Shown piece by piece: positions 12,501 to 26,755 of a stretch of DNA of 64,000 nucleotides. The notes below the pieces were generated by a model. That model was given only the letters and a program-made list of their open reading frames with translations, had not been told where the DNA came from and ran no database searches. Source of the stretch: Mobula hypostoma. Taxonomy: Eukaryota. Location of the stretch: the NCBI RefSeq assembly GCF_963921235.1, contig NC_086104.1, positions 103,354,001-103,418,000 of the forward strand, given 5' to 3'. Numbering within the stretch: position 1 is the first letter of the stretch; every line of letters begins with the position of its first letter. Both the position numbers and the translations under genes were made by a program.

Positions 12501-13678
12501 TTTCTTTTTTGTTCTTTAATAGGTGCTCCTAACCCTTTGATCCCTAATGCTGGGTATGTATAGGCCTGTGTGCTCACTGCACAGTGTGGAGAGTTTTATA
12601 GGTCTCTGTCCTTACGGTGAAGGACAATATTGGAAAGTTCATTGTCCGAGTGGAACATTGCTGACTCTTTCTGGACAATGTAGTGTGGTGTGTTTTCATT
12701 GATTCCTGTCAGTTCTCTATTGGGATGTAGAGGTCACACAGTGCAGTATCAGTTATCTGTCACTGTAAAAACCAAGTGTGTCCTACTGGCACATTTCTGC
12801 AGGCTTCCAAGTATTTGTGGGACATAAATAAAATGAGAAAATGCTGGAAATAATCACCAGATGGAGAGAGTTGGTGAGTCCCAGATGGGAATCACACTCA
12901 GCAGAACACAAGACAACAGGAGCAGGAGTCACCCACCTGGTCCCTCACCCCAGCCCCACCATGCAGTATGAACCTGGCTGATCTCTCCCAGGCCTCACCT
13001 CCTCTCCAGTGCCACATCCCTCAAGCATTCCAGATCTTTCCAAAATGTATCTCCCTCCGTGTTAAATGCGTCCAGTGATTTGCCTCCATACGCTCCGGGA
13101 CAGAGAATTCCAGATGTTCCCCACCCCGTGATAGGTAACTGTACATCAGTTTTAAAAGAACACTCCCTGACCTTGTAACTCTGTAAACATCCCAACATCT
13201 CTCCTGTCAACACTACAAAGGACCTCGTGTGATTCATGAAGCTCACCCTTCACTTTTCTAAACCCCAAAGAACTAACTTTTGGGGATACTGTGGTTCCTG
13301 CTCCATATTTTATTTATTCGTCTTTTACAAATTATTTGCACGATTTGTCCTTTTTGTACATTGGTCATTTGTCGGTGTTTGTTGTGTTTGGTTCTTCATA
13401 GATTCTATTGTTTACTTTGTGGGTGCCGATAAGATGAACTTCAAGATTGTATCTGGTGTACAGACTTTGATAATATACCTACTTTCACCATTAAACTTAA
13501 TTCATACAGTCTGTATAATAACTGGATCAGGATCACGTGACAGCTTTTACTCACTCACATTGAATTATTTACTTTCTGTTCTATGAAATTATTTTCCTCC
13601 TGGAGGACTTTTCAAATTTCACGATCTTGGCGGTTGGCACTTTTCCCCTTGACACCTGTTCATTGGTGAATGGGGCTG

Positions 13679-16432
13679 GTCTGTCTGTCTGTATCTTGTT
13701 TTACGGCGGTCGGCATCCAGCTTAATGGTGCATTACCACCACCCTCTGCTCCAGAATGTGCACTAGACATACATTCTAAATCCACACACACACGCACACA
13801 AACCTACACTTTACCCTCCCATCTTTGACCATCCTAGTACCCTATTCCTGTTTATCCGTCATATCCTACAAAAAACCCCTGTACCCCTTAAAAACGTAAA
13901 AATACCCAGATCTGTGCTCTCTCACCCATGCCCAGCAACTCTTTTAATGTGAATTCCTGCATCCCCAACTCCCTTAGTTTAATTCTCATCATCTCTCTCT
14001 GTATCCTATACTTGCTGCAACACAAAACTACATGTTCTACTGACTCCTCTTCCTGACATTCCTCACACAATCCTGTCTGGTGTTTCCCTACCATTTTCAA
14101 AGTTTTGTTTAATGCACAATGCCCCAGCCTTAACCTAGTCCACACAATTTCCTCTCTTCTGTTTCCATTACCTACCCTAGTAACTGCAACACTCTTTTGT
14201 ACTTGATATAAATGCCTCCCTTTCCCCTCCCTGTCCCATTCTTGCAAATTCAGTTGACTTTTTCCCAGATCACACACTTAACCTCTGCTTTACTGATACT
14301 AATGTGCATTTCCACATTTCCTTACTTTAACGCCCTCTTTGCCAACTCATCCACCCTCTCATTCCCCTTCACCCCTACATGTGCTGGAACCCATAGAGAT
14401 TTTACCTGACCTCCCTGATTTGCAATTCTTGTAACTAACTGAAGGACTTCATAAAGTACATCTTGCTGACTGTTTGTGTGAAAAGACCTTAAACTTGCTA
14501 GAACTGAGGATGAATCTGAACATATCAATGCCTTGACTTGTCTGGCTTTCTGCACCCATTGCAACGCAACCAACACTGCCAGCATCTCCACTGTAAACAC
14601 CCCTAACTTATTAGATGTTCTTCTGCTGATTCCAATTTCTTTTGCTGGTATAACCACCCCAAACTCTGTCACTCCTGTTTCAGGTTCCTTCGCACCATCT
14701 GTATAAATGTGAGTATAATCACTAAACTTTTCCATCACATGACAGTTAAATGCATTTACCAAATCTGTTTTATATCTTTCTTTCCTTTTTACCTCTAACA
14801 AATGCCAGTCTATGTCAGGCCATACAAGCTTCCATGGAGCTACAACCAGATAAACTACTGAAGGACTTATCCTCAGATCAAACACTCCACATTCTTTCAC
14901 GATATCATTCCCTACCCGACTAAAGGTATCCCTCTGAAACCTCCCATTTTCCCAGCACTCCTGCAACAGTCCTTTAGTAGGGTGAGAATCATTGTGCCCC
15001 TGCAAGTTAGCGCAGTAGTTTGCCATCAGTTGCATCCTTCTTAGTTCCAAAGGCATTATTCCCATTTCTACCTGTAGGGCTGACACTGATGACGTTTTAA
15101 AAGCCCCACTGCACACTCTCAAGGCCTGAGCCTGAATCACATCCAGTTTCCTTATAAGAGACCTAGCTGCTGATCCATATACTATATTTCCATAATCCAA
15201 TACAGATCTCACTAAAGCCACATACATTCTCTTCAAAGGTGAACAACTTGCTCCCCATTCCCTACCAGTCAAACATCTCATCACATTTATTACTTTTTAC
15301 ATTTCTCCTCAACTTTCCTGATATGGTCTGCCCATGTTAATCGTGAATCAAATATAACTCCCAGAAATTTAAATGATGCAACCCTTTCTAATTCAACTCC
15401 ATACATCCTTAACTTCTTTCCTACCTCAACCCTTTTCCTGGTAAAAAATACAGTTTGAGTTTTATCTACTGAAAATCTACATCCCCAATCATAACCCCAC
15501 TCCACCACTTCATCAATTGCTTCTTGTAGTTTCCTGATTATATGCTCCACATTCCTGCCTCTTTTCCACAAGGCCCCATCATCCGCAAACAGTGACCTAC
15601 CTATATCCACTGGTACCTTTGTGAAGACATCATTGATCATAATGATGAAAAGTAACGGGCTAATCACACTACCTTGAGGTGTGCCATTTTCCACTATGTA
15701 CTGTTTTGATAATTCTGATCCAATCCGAACTCGAATTTTTCTACCAAACAAAAAACCTTTAATCCAATTAAAAACTCTCCCACCAACCCCCATCTTGTGC
15801 AGTTTAATTAATAATCCTTCCTTGCACATCATATCATAGGCTTTTTCAATGTCAAAGAACACTGCCACTACTGACTCTCTATTTGCCTGGGCCTTCCTTA
15901 TTTCAGTCTCTAACATAATCACTGAGTCCATGGAATTCCTTCCCTTTCTAAAACCACTCTGATAACTTGCCAGCATTCCCCTTTTCTCAAGCTCATACGA
16001 TAACCTTTCTGTTATCATCCTTTCCATTATCTTACATATACTTGATGTTAATGTAATTGGTCTGTAGCTAGTGGGTTTTGACGGATCCTTGCCAGGCTTC
16101 CTTATTGGAATTACTACTGCTTCTTTCCATGCACTTGGTAATCTTCCCTCCTCCCACACTCTGTTATAAAAATGCAGCAACTTCAAGAGCGCTCCTTCTC
16201 CTAGATTTTTTAGCATCACAGAGCACATCAGATCTTTCCCTGGGGAGGTTGGTCTCGATCTCTTTATTGCTCTTACCATTTCTGCTTATGTAAATGGATC
16301 ATCAATTATATCATCTGTTCCTTCCCTCCTGTTTAACACACCTGGGTGTTGGCTTATTATTCTTTCCCTTCTCCTTCTCCCTTCTTCAGACAAATTTTCT
16401 GAACTGTGTATCAGTACAAATGACTTGGCTGT
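13679..16432 (-). mobile_element. 5'-truncated I-group (Nimb/I-like) LINE: RT, RNase H and CCHC knuckle
   Basis: ORFs 15290-16279 (QSGFRKGR, FFDIEKAYD, GTPQGSVISP, LFADDGALW), 14322-15284 (RNase H IYTDG..ICSDSSS..WVPAHVGVKGNERVDELAK) and 13888-14277 (CEECQEEESVEHVVLCC). Ends in an (AGAC)n tail at ~13679-13692. Confidence 0.9.
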
Positions 16433-16753
16433 GATCCCTACATGAGCCGGTCTCTGTCAGGATTTCTCATTTACCAATCAGAATAGGCGATTTACTGCCA
16501 ATCAAGCGCCACTCTGCATTGGGTCAGGAAGTAGAGACGTCGGCGGGGAAAAAATGGTAATTTTCGGTAAAATGAAATTATCCGGGAATGGGAGGGAGTC
16601 TGCTCTGTACACAGATAAATGTAGATTATTTTAGGGGAGGAAAAGCGATTTAGACCAAGAGTCGAAGTCGCTTGTCTACGACAGACACCCAGATCGGAAA
16701 TTCCCCCGGCCTCACCCCAGTCGGTACTCAGCCCTTCCACAGACAATCTGAGT

Positions 16754-16769
16754 GGCTCTGAAAAGAGCC
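16754..16769 (-). terminator. Histone 3' stem-loop of H2A copy 1, with purine-rich HDE (GGAAGGGCTG, 16729-16738)
   Basis: GGCTCTTTTCAGAGCC on the minus strand, ~30 nt after the stop codon. Confidence 0.95.
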
Positions 16770-16799
16770 TTTGGGTTTTTAAATTGTCGCTTTATCTCT

Positions 16800-17420
<621 letters not shown>

Positions 17421-17559
17421 TCAAACTATATTTATTATCAATGTATGTATACTATATATAGCCTTGAGATTCGTCTCCTTAGAGGCAGTCACAAAACAAT
17501 GAAACATAATAGAACCCCTTAAAAAGACTGTAAATTAGAGGTAAGTGTAGAAGGGGAGC

Positions 17560-19285
17560 TATTAAACACTCTTCATAGACCTTTCAATCCTGCAGTCATT
17601 TTCGTGAACCTCCTTTGAACCTTCTCCAATTATCCGTTCTGAAGAGTGGAGTGACACTTGCAATTTCCATTCCTCTGGAACTGTGCTAGAATCCTTTGAT
17701 TCTTGCAAGATCATCACTAGTGCCTCCATAATCTCTTCATCCATCTCGTTCAGAGCCCTGAGGTGTAGACCATCTGATCCAGGTGTCTTATCTACCTCCA
17801 GCCCATTCAGTTTCCTAAGCACATTCTCCCTACTAATGACATCTTCACTCATTTCTGCCTCCTGACGCTCTTGAACTTCCAGCATACCGCTTGTATCTTC
17901 CACAGTGAAGACTGCCGCAAAATCCCTATTCAGTTTGTCTGCCATTTCCGGCGTTGTTTGGCAGCAGTCTCTCTTTTATAATTTACTACTTTCTTCTCTC
18001 CTTTATAATTTATTTATCTGAATAACCTTGTGCTATTCTCTTTAATATTATTGGCTAGCTCATCTTCCTATTCCATCTTTTCCTTTTCAATGGCTTTTTA
18101 TTGCCTTATGCTGATTTTTAAAAGCTTTCCAATCCTTGAATTTATTTACTAATCTTTGCTTTATTATATGCCCATTCTTTGGCTTTTATTTTGGCTTGAC
18201 TTCTCTTGTCAGCCACAGTTGCAACATCCTGCCTTTAGAACACATTGTCCTTGTGATGTATCCATCCTATACCTTTCAAGTTGCTCTAAGAAAAGCCAGC
18301 TGTTGCTGCTTTGCCGTCATCCCTGTCTTTGTTTGCTTCCAATCAATTTTGGCTATCTCCTATCTCATGCCTCTGCAGTTTCCTTTACTCCACTGTAATA
18401 ACGATACACTTTAGCTTCTCCTTCCCAAATTGAAAGGTGAATTCTATCGTATTTTGATTACACCCCTTAGGGTTCCTTTACCTTAAGCTCTCTGATGAAT
18501 TCCAATTTATTGCAATCCAAAACAGCTGATCCCCTAATGGGTGCTACCATGAGCTGCTCCAAAATCCCCTTTTTGAGATCCAGCACCAAACTGATTTTCC
18601 CAATCTACCTGCATATTGAAATTCCCCATGAGTATTGTAACATTCCCTTTTGACATGCATTTCTATTTTTTGCCTTGTAATCTGCACGCCACATCTTTGC
18701 TATTGTTCAGAGGTCAGTATATAATTCCCACTAGGGTCTTTTTGCCCTTGATCAGGACTGGAATGAAAGATTAGAAGTCAGAGTAAGAAGATGGGGGAGT
18801 GGAGGAAGAAGCACAAGATGGTATGTGTTAGGTGAAACCTGGATTCAGTGACACCCACATCATACATGATCATCTGTAACTGTGCTATAAGTTTATCTAC
18901 TTTAATCCGTATACTATGTGCATTCAAATATAACACCTTCAGTCCTGTATTCATCACCCTTGTTGATTTTTTCATCCTTTTACATTGCAATTCATCCTGT
19001 TGACTGGAATTTTACCCTATCATCAGCCTCTCCTTGCTAGCATCCTCTGTTTGTGAACCAACAACCCCATCTTCAGCCTTATCACTCCAGTTCCCACCAA
19101 TCTGTGAAATTAGTTTAAGTCCTCCCAAACACCTCTAGCTAACCTGCCCACAAGGATATTGGTCCTCTTCAGGTTCATGTCTAAGCCATTCCTATTGTAC
19201 AGGTCATATCTTGCCCAGAAGAGATCCCAATGATACAGAAAACTGAACTCCTGCCCCCTGCACCAGTTCCTCAGCCACACATTCA
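17560..19285 (-). mobile_element. Old, internally deleted CR1 LINE
   Basis: Fragments WLRNWCRGQEFSFL.HWDLFW (ORF1), LKVLYLNAHSIR (ORF2 start) and FTVEDTS..DGLHLRAL. Confidence 0.75.
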
Positions 19286-19304
19286 TCTGCAAAGGTAAAA
19301 AGAC

Positions 19305-20310
19305 AAGGAGGAGAGAATCTGAAGATACTGGAAATCCAAAACAACACACACACAGTGCTGGAGGAACTCAACAAGCCAGGCAGTATCTATGGAAAAGAGT
19401 AAACAGTCGACTTTTTGGCCGATACCCTTCATCAAGACTGGAAAGAAAGATGAGAAGTCAGGGTAAGAAGGTGGAGGAAGAAATACAGGGTGATAGGTAA
19501 TAGGTCAAACTGGGAGAGTGGGGGGGGGCGGGGTTGAAGTAAAGAGCTGGGAATTAGTGAAATTGAGACATTCAGGGCCAGGAAACTTGAAGTCATTCGA
19601 AAGATCAGGAGCATGTGAAATGTCATGGATGTAGGTAGGAAGGGACTGAACTGGGGGATAAAACGGAGTTGAGATATGCAGATATACTGTATGTTTGGTG
19701 GAGCAGGAACAAGTTTAAACAATGGGTTTACCTGTACAGGCAGGTTCATGTATCTTGAGTAAGAGGGAGAAACAGGAAGAGTGAGGCAAGGGAACCATGA
19801 GATTGGTGGCAATGGATGGGAGAACTCCAAAGTTAATAAGGTCAGTGATGGTGGGGAGGCAGTGGCCTGGTTCCCCTTAGAGGAGTTCTGTTCCAGAGGT
19901 AAGTAAGAGGAAGTGACTGTGAGTTGTCACCTGGCCTCAGCAAGCTAGAGGTCAGTCTGCCTGACCACTACAGTACCCCACTTACCTGCGGATTTGATGG
20001 AGAGGCTACTAATAGTTTGGAGAGCAGAGTTTTTGGAAGGAGTGAGTTTAGAATTGAAGGGAAGAGTGTTAAACTCGAGATGGGTGATGTCTCATTGGCA
20101 GTTAGCAATTAAAAGATCCCGAGCAGGTAGAAGACCAGAGTAGGTTGTCCAGGAAGAAGACAGGAGAATGGGTTATTGGTGTGAGCTGGAGAGTCCTTGC
20201 CAAAGAGGTAGGCATGGAGACTTGCCTACTGTGAAAATGAGATGATTAGGGCCAGGGACCTTGAAGTAATTCAAACGATCAGGAGTGTGTGAAGTGTCAC
20301 GGATCTTTAC
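19305..20310 (-). mobile_element. Penelope-like element remnant (RT fragments plus terminal repeat with mutated hammerhead motif at 19404-19440)
   Basis: KIRDTSH..FKVPGPNHLIFT and a degenerate LPKIHK..GRPIVS region. The terminal repeat matches those at 30.2, 38.1 and 61.2 kb. Confidence 0.7.
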
Positions 20311-20955
20311 TTCATCCCCTCCCCCTCTCCCTATGCTGCATGAAAGAAAAAAAAAACGAAATTCTTCCATGGGCTTTAGTTCTTGAGAAAAGTCACTTTT
20401 GTTCTACCTCCTCGTGTTCTGGGCCTTTCTACCTGTAAGAACATGTTTTGTACCATTCTCTCTGGGCACATAATGATATCAAACACTTTTGTCTTGGCTA
20501 ACAAATGACCTGTAGCTTTCACATCACTATAGTGCCTGACTCCAGTGAGAAAGACTACTGCCCTCCCTTTTATATTGCTTGGCATTGCTGTCGATGAGTT
20601 TACCACTGTCGATCACCTGGTGTGGGGGGCAGGGATCAGAGTAATTAGAAAATCTCCAGGATTGGCCATGTAATATCATGGGCTGTTTGTATCACTGTGG
20701 GACATGACCAGAACTTGAAATAATACTGATGGAGAGAGACAAATTGAGCCATGCCACAGATTGAGGGCAGGCAGAAATGGTCCGTTCTTACACAGAAAGG
20801 AAGACTGTCCAAGAATTTGCTGGTCAGTTGTTCCTCCGACTTGTGTTGAATCTCATCGAAACAGTGTGATGGCAGAGCTCAACATGGAGACTAAAATGAT
20901 CTCATCTGAAATGCTGTCCTTCACTCACTGATGTCTTTTGTAAATCTTCTTACAG

Positions 20956-22292
20956 GTTTGAAACAGAAAAATATTTGTGTACAGGAATCACAATCAAAAC
21001 AACACATCAGATTTCCATCCTCTTTTGAGATATTTAATGATTGACCAGATTTTTAAAAAAATATATTCACTGTTGATCCTTGGAATCGAAGCTGTATCTC
21101 ATCCCAGCTGGAAACATACTTTGTGTCTGAAATGATGTTTTCTGCTGTAACTCAGTGAAATCCACTGGAACCGGGTGCAGAGAACACATCAGCATTTGTT
21201 CATTAGAGAGAAGCTCTTCAACTGCATTGATTGTGCGAGGGATTCACTATATCTGACATCAGACTTGATACATTGCCAGAGAATTGATAGCAGACAGATA
21301 TCATTCACCTGCTCTCAGTCTTGGAAGGGATTCACTCACTCAGCCATCCCACAGACACACCAGTGAGTTCACAGTGGGAAGAGGCTGTTCACTTGCTCAG
21401 GCTGTGGAACAGGATTCATTCACTCATTCAACATACAGACACACTAGTGATTTCACACTGGGGAGAGGCCATTCATCTACTCAGACTCTGTGAAGGGATT
21501 CACTCAGTCATCTGACCGAAAGGCACACCGGTCAGTTCATACTGGGCAGATGCCGTTCAGCTGTTCAGGGATTTCCTCAGTCATTTCAACGGAGGGTACA
21601 TCAGCGAGTTCACTTGAGAAGAAGCTGTTAACCTGCTCTGTGTGTGAGAAGGGAGTCACTCAGTCGTACAATCTACGGAGACAATGGGAAGAGGTCGTTC
21701 ACCTGCTCAGACTGGGAAGAAATTCACTCGGTCATCCCGTCTACAGAAACACCAGTCAGTTCACACTGGGGAGAGGCCGTTCATCTGCTCAGACTATGGG
21801 AAGGGATTCACTCAGTCATGTGAACTGAGGGTACATCAGCGAGTTCACACTGGAGAGTGGCCGTTCACCTACTCAGACTGTGGGAAGAGATTTGCTTGGT
21901 TTTTTGAACTATTGGTACACGAGCAAGTGCACACGGGAGAAATGCTGTTCACCTGCTCTGCGTTTGAGAAGGGATTCACTCAGTCATTGCAACTGAAGGT
22001 ACAGTCGCAAGTTCACACCTGCCCTGTGTGACCAAAAAGGTTTGCTCGGGCATCCCACCTGCTGACGAATCACCAAAATCACACAGGGAGACAGTTTAAA
22101 TTGTATTGAACTTTTAACTATTATGTTTGGTGAATCCAGTTGCAAGTTGAAGAGTGACTGTTGGTGTCAGATTCTGCTGTTCATCTCACCTGGAACTGAA
22201 CCCTGATCACTTGGCACGGGAGGGGGTTTGTTCTGATGACATTAAACTTTAATTGGACCGGAGTTAAATATTGTGGATCTGTCAGAAATAAA
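20956..22292 (+). pseudogene. C2H2 (Kruppel-type) zinc-finger pseudogene, terminal exon with ~11 degenerate fingers
   Basis: Roughly 84-nt periodic repeats with HTGERPF-type linkers and C..C/GKGF..H..VH between ~21210 and ~22090. Several frameshifts, Cys substitutions and stops. Candidate acceptor cttcttacag at 20955 and AATAAA at 22287-22292. Confidence 0.85.
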
Positions 22293-22822
22293 TGAGTCCC
22301 ATTTTAAATTTTGATTCTTGCTGCTTGTTGACTCTGCAGTGCACACAATGTACAGTAGAGAGGCCTTTCCACCCCTCTGGTCCCTGCCAGTGTTTCTGTT
22401 CCATCTCCTCCCATCACCCTGTAGCAATGTTCTTTTCTCTCTCTCTGTTCCCTCAGCTTCCCCTGAAATCCATCCCTGCTGCTCACCTCCGGCTGCCCTG
22501 TGGAGACGGGTTCCGAATGGTCACCACTCTGGATGAAGAAGTGACGTCACTGATCAACTGGTCTCTGACAACTTGCACTCGTTCTTCCTTCAAACTTTAT
22601 ACCCTTGTGCCCAAGGGCCACAGTCCAGCCCCTGTCACCGATCTGCTCCGAAACTTCGCTCAGAATTGTCAATTTTATATGGATATTGACCAAATGAAAT
22701 CTGTGCAGCTTCTAACACCTTATTTACATATATAAATTACCAATCATTATACAATCTTACAGGTAGTAATAACCAACAAAACTACATATTATTTACTCTT
22801 TTTTAAAATTTTAACCTGCTCA

Positions 22823-25128
22823 GAAACATAGAAACATAGAAAATAGGTGCAGGAGTAGGCCATTTGGCCCTTCGAGCCTGCACCCCCATTTATTATGATC
22901 ATGGCTGATCATCCAACTCAGAACCCTGCCCCAGCCTTCCCTCCATACCCCCTGATCCCAGTAGCCACAAGGGCCATATCTAACTCCCTCTTAAATATAG
23001 CCAATGAACTGGCCTCAACTGTTTCCTGTGGCAGAGAATTCCACAGATTCACCACTCTCTGTGTGAAGAAGTTTTTCCTAATCTCGGTCCTAAAAGGCTT
23101 CCCCTTTATCCTCAAACTGTGACCCCTTGTTCTGGACTTCCCCAACATCGGGAACAATCTTCCTGCATCTAGCCTGTCCAATCCCTTTAGGATCTTATAC
23201 GTTTCAATCAGATCCCCCCTCAATCTTCTAAATTCCAACCAGTACAAGCCCAGTTCATCCAGTCTTCTTCATATGTAAGTCCTGCCATCCCAGGAATCAA
23301 TCTGGTGAACCTTCTTTGTACTCCCTCTATGGCAAGGATGTCTTTCCTCAGATTAGGGGACCAAAACTGCACACAATACTCCAGGTGTGGTCTCAGCAAG
23401 GCCTTGTACAACTGCAGTAGTACCTCCCTGCTCCTGTACTCGAATCCTCTCGCTATAAATGCCAGCATACCATTCGCCCTTTTCACCGCCTGCTGTACCT
23501 GCATGCCCACTTTCAATGACTGGTGTATAATGACACCCAGGTCTCGTTGCACCTCCCATTTTCCTAATCGGCCACCATTCAGATAATAATCTGTTTTCCT
23601 ATTTTTGCCATCAAAGTGGATAACTTCACATTTATCCACATTAAATTGCATCTGCCATGAATTTGCCCACTCACCCAACCTATCCAAGTCACTCTGCATC
23701 CCCTTAGCATCCTCCTCACTGCTAACACTGCCACCCAGCTTCGTGTCATCCGCAAACTTGGAGATGCTGCATTTAATTCCCTCATCCAAGTCATTAATAT
23801 ATATTGTAAACAACTGGGGTCCCAGCACTGAGCCTTGTGGTACCCCATTAGTCACCGCCTGCCATTCTGAAAAGGTCCCGTTTATTCCCACTCTTTGCTT
23901 CCAGTCTGGTAACCAATTCTCTATCCACATCAATACCTTACCCCCAATACCATGTGCTTTAAGTTTGCACACTAATCTCCTGTGTGAGACCTTGTCAAAA
24001 GCCTTTTGAAAATCCAAATATACCACATCCACTGACTCTCCCCTATCCACTCTACTAGTTACATCCTCAAAAAATTCTATGAGATTCGTCAGACATGATT
24101 TTCCTTTCACAAATCCATGCTGACTTTGTCCGATCATTTCACCGCTTTCCAAATGTGCTGTTATCACATCTTTGATAACTGACTCCAGCAGTTTCCCCAC
24201 CACCGACGTTAGGCTAACCAGTCTATAATTCCCCGGTTTCTCTCTCCCTCCTTTTTTAAAAAGTGGGGTTACATTAGCCACCCTCCAATCCTCAGGAACT
24301 AGTCCAGAATCTAACGAGTTTTGAAAAATTATCACTAATGCATCCACTATTTCTTGGGCTACTTCCTTAAGCACTCTGGGATGCAGACCATCTGGCACTG
24401 GGGATTTATCTGCCTTCAATCCCTTCAATTTACCTAACACCACTTCCCTACTAACATGTATTTCGCTCAGTTCCTCCATCTCACTGGACCCTCTGTCCCC
24501 TACTATTTCTGGAAGATTATTTATGTCCTCCTTAGTGAAGACAGAACCAAAGTAATTATTCAATTGGTCTGCCATGTCCTTGCTCCCCATAATCAATTCA
24601 CCTGTTTCTGTCTGTAGGGGACCTACATTTGTCTTTACCAGTCTTTTCCTTTTTACATATCTATAAAAGCTTTTACAGTCAGTTTTTATGTTCCCTGCCA
24701 GTTTTCTCTCATAATCTTTTTTCCCCTTCCTAATTAAGCCCTTTGTCCTCCTCTGCTGAACTCTGAATTTCTCCCAGTCCTCAGGTGAGCCATTTTTTCT
24801 GGCTAATTTGTATGCTTCTTCTTTGGAATTGATACTATCCCTAATTTCTCGTCAGCCACGGGTGCACTACCTTCCTTGATTTATTCTTTTGCCAAACTGG
24901 GATGAACAATTGTTGTAGTTCATCCATGCAATCTTTAAATGCTTGCCATTGCATATCCACCGTCAATCCTTTAAGTGTCATTTGCCAGTCTATCTTAGCT
25001 AATTCACGTCTCATACCTTCAAAGTTACCCCTCTTTAAGTTCAGAACCTTTGTTTCTGAGTTAACTATGTCACTCTCCATCTTAATGAAGAATTCCACCA
25101 TATTATGGTCACTCTTACCCAAGGGGCC
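22823..25128 (-). mobile_element. Young 5'-truncated CR1 LINE with a long open RT frame
   Basis: ORF 23220-24596 (458 aa: QHGF, YLDFQKAFDKV, GVPQGSVLGP, KFADDTKLGG). C-terminus lies in a shifted frame (22918-23247). (TTCTATGT)n tail at ~22823-22841. Confidence 0.95.
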
Positions 25129-25429
25129 AATTATATTTTATATTATATTATGGTCACTCTTACCCAAGTGGCCAATTATATTTTAGTTTTAAGTTAATTA
25201 TTGTCCAATGGAAATTGTGTGCTTCTTGTCCTTCATTACGTCTTGGTCTGTTCAGGTCCCTGGTGTCCAAAATGTACAAAGAGAAGCTACTCTTCCAAGG
25301 ACCTTGCTCTGTACAGCTGCAGACTATCTTAACCCTCACCTTGCCACAGTACGGTCCAAAAGTTACTACATCACAGAAATAAATTAACAAACAAATAAAT
25401 AAATAAATAATGTGAAAGAGGAATAGGAA

Positions 25430-26755
25430 TAGGGAGAGAGTGTTCATGGTAGAGTTGGTAGTAAGGAAAGGAAATCCAATATACATTGACTGGTTGTATC
25501 ATGGCCTTGTATGGAAACATCAGTGCCCTTGTGCGGTAAAACCTACAAATAGTATTGCATATGACCCATTCCATATTAGGTAAAGCACTCCCCACCCTCA
25601 TATCGCTCATCTATACGGAGTGTTGTTGCAGGAAAGCAGTATCTGTCATCGAGGGTATGCACTTTTCTCATTGTTGCCATCAGGAAGAAGGTACAGGAGC
25701 CTCAGAACTGCACCACCAGGTTCAGGAACAGTAATTGCCCCTCATTAACATTCCTACTAATTTTCCCTTACAGCTGTGCAGACTAACCATTGCCCTGAGT
25801 AGTGTCGAGCACCATTTTGCTATGTCTCATAAGAACCAACAAATAAACCAGTGGATCAATCATAAGCTCATTTATTTTAATTGCAGCAAGGGAAGACCAT
25901 CACCGCACAAATACTGGTGATAACCTCCAAAAAACAGACAGCATTGTCACTCCTTTATACACAAGATCGGCTACCAACACCTCATTTCAAGGAAAGGGTG
26001 CGTTCTATCCTTCTGCTTAATCAGTGTACTTGGCATTCTTCCAATAACACATCTGCTGGTCTGCAGTTTGTCAAGGACTCTGGTTCCATCAGCATAATGT
26101 TGTATAAACACTATTAGGAAAGCACCTTGGTACAATGCAGGTTTGATTTCATTACAGACAAGAATACCATTTTGTAACTACACGTACATCTCCACAGCAG
26201 GAAATTATTACACAGTCTGAAAACTGCACAGCACTTCATTTTTTTTGTAATATGTTTACTATGAATATTTGGAATGAAAGCTGAAAATTTACATTTTTGA
26301 TTTTATTTATTAATTGAGAGGTACAGTATAATGGAAACAGTACAACAAAACCTTTCTCTTGTCTGTCTTTATTCCAGGTGTGTGGCAACAAATGCTGTGT
26401 GCACCGGAGCACTGCAGTTACTGTGTGGCCATGCACCCTCACAGCCAAGTGGGAATAGTACCCTCAACTATCAGGTTCTTGAACTAGAGGGGACAACTTC
26501 ACTTGCCTCAGCACTAAACTGTTCACACAATCTATGGAGTCACTTTCAAAGACTCTTCATCTCATGTTGTCAATATTTATTGCCCATTTATTATAATTAC
26601 TTTTTTCTTTTTGTATTTGCACAGTTGGTCCATCCTGTTGGGTGCAGTCTTTCATTGATTCTATTGTGTTTCTTGTATTTACTGTGACTGTCCACAAGAA
26701 AACTCAGGGTTGTATATGGTAACATACAATCACTTTGATAATAAATTTACCACTT
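25430..26755 (+). mobile_element. Degenerate Rex1-type LINE 3' end split by a ~700-bp unclassified insert (~25745-26450)
   Basis: FSLLPSGRRYRSLR..RFRNS-like sequence stops at ~25740 and resumes (ccctcaactatcaggttcttgaac) at ~26460. Ends in an aataaattta tail. Confidence 0.55.

Noticed and set aside
20376-20620. TATAAAAGG-containing segment as the start of another histone gene
   Set aside because: I found no histone-like coding sequence or stem-loop downstream.
25344-25364. CAGTACGGTCCAAAAGT as a Tc1-like terminal inverted repeat
   Set aside because: There is no flanking TA, no partner repeat and no transposase nearby.
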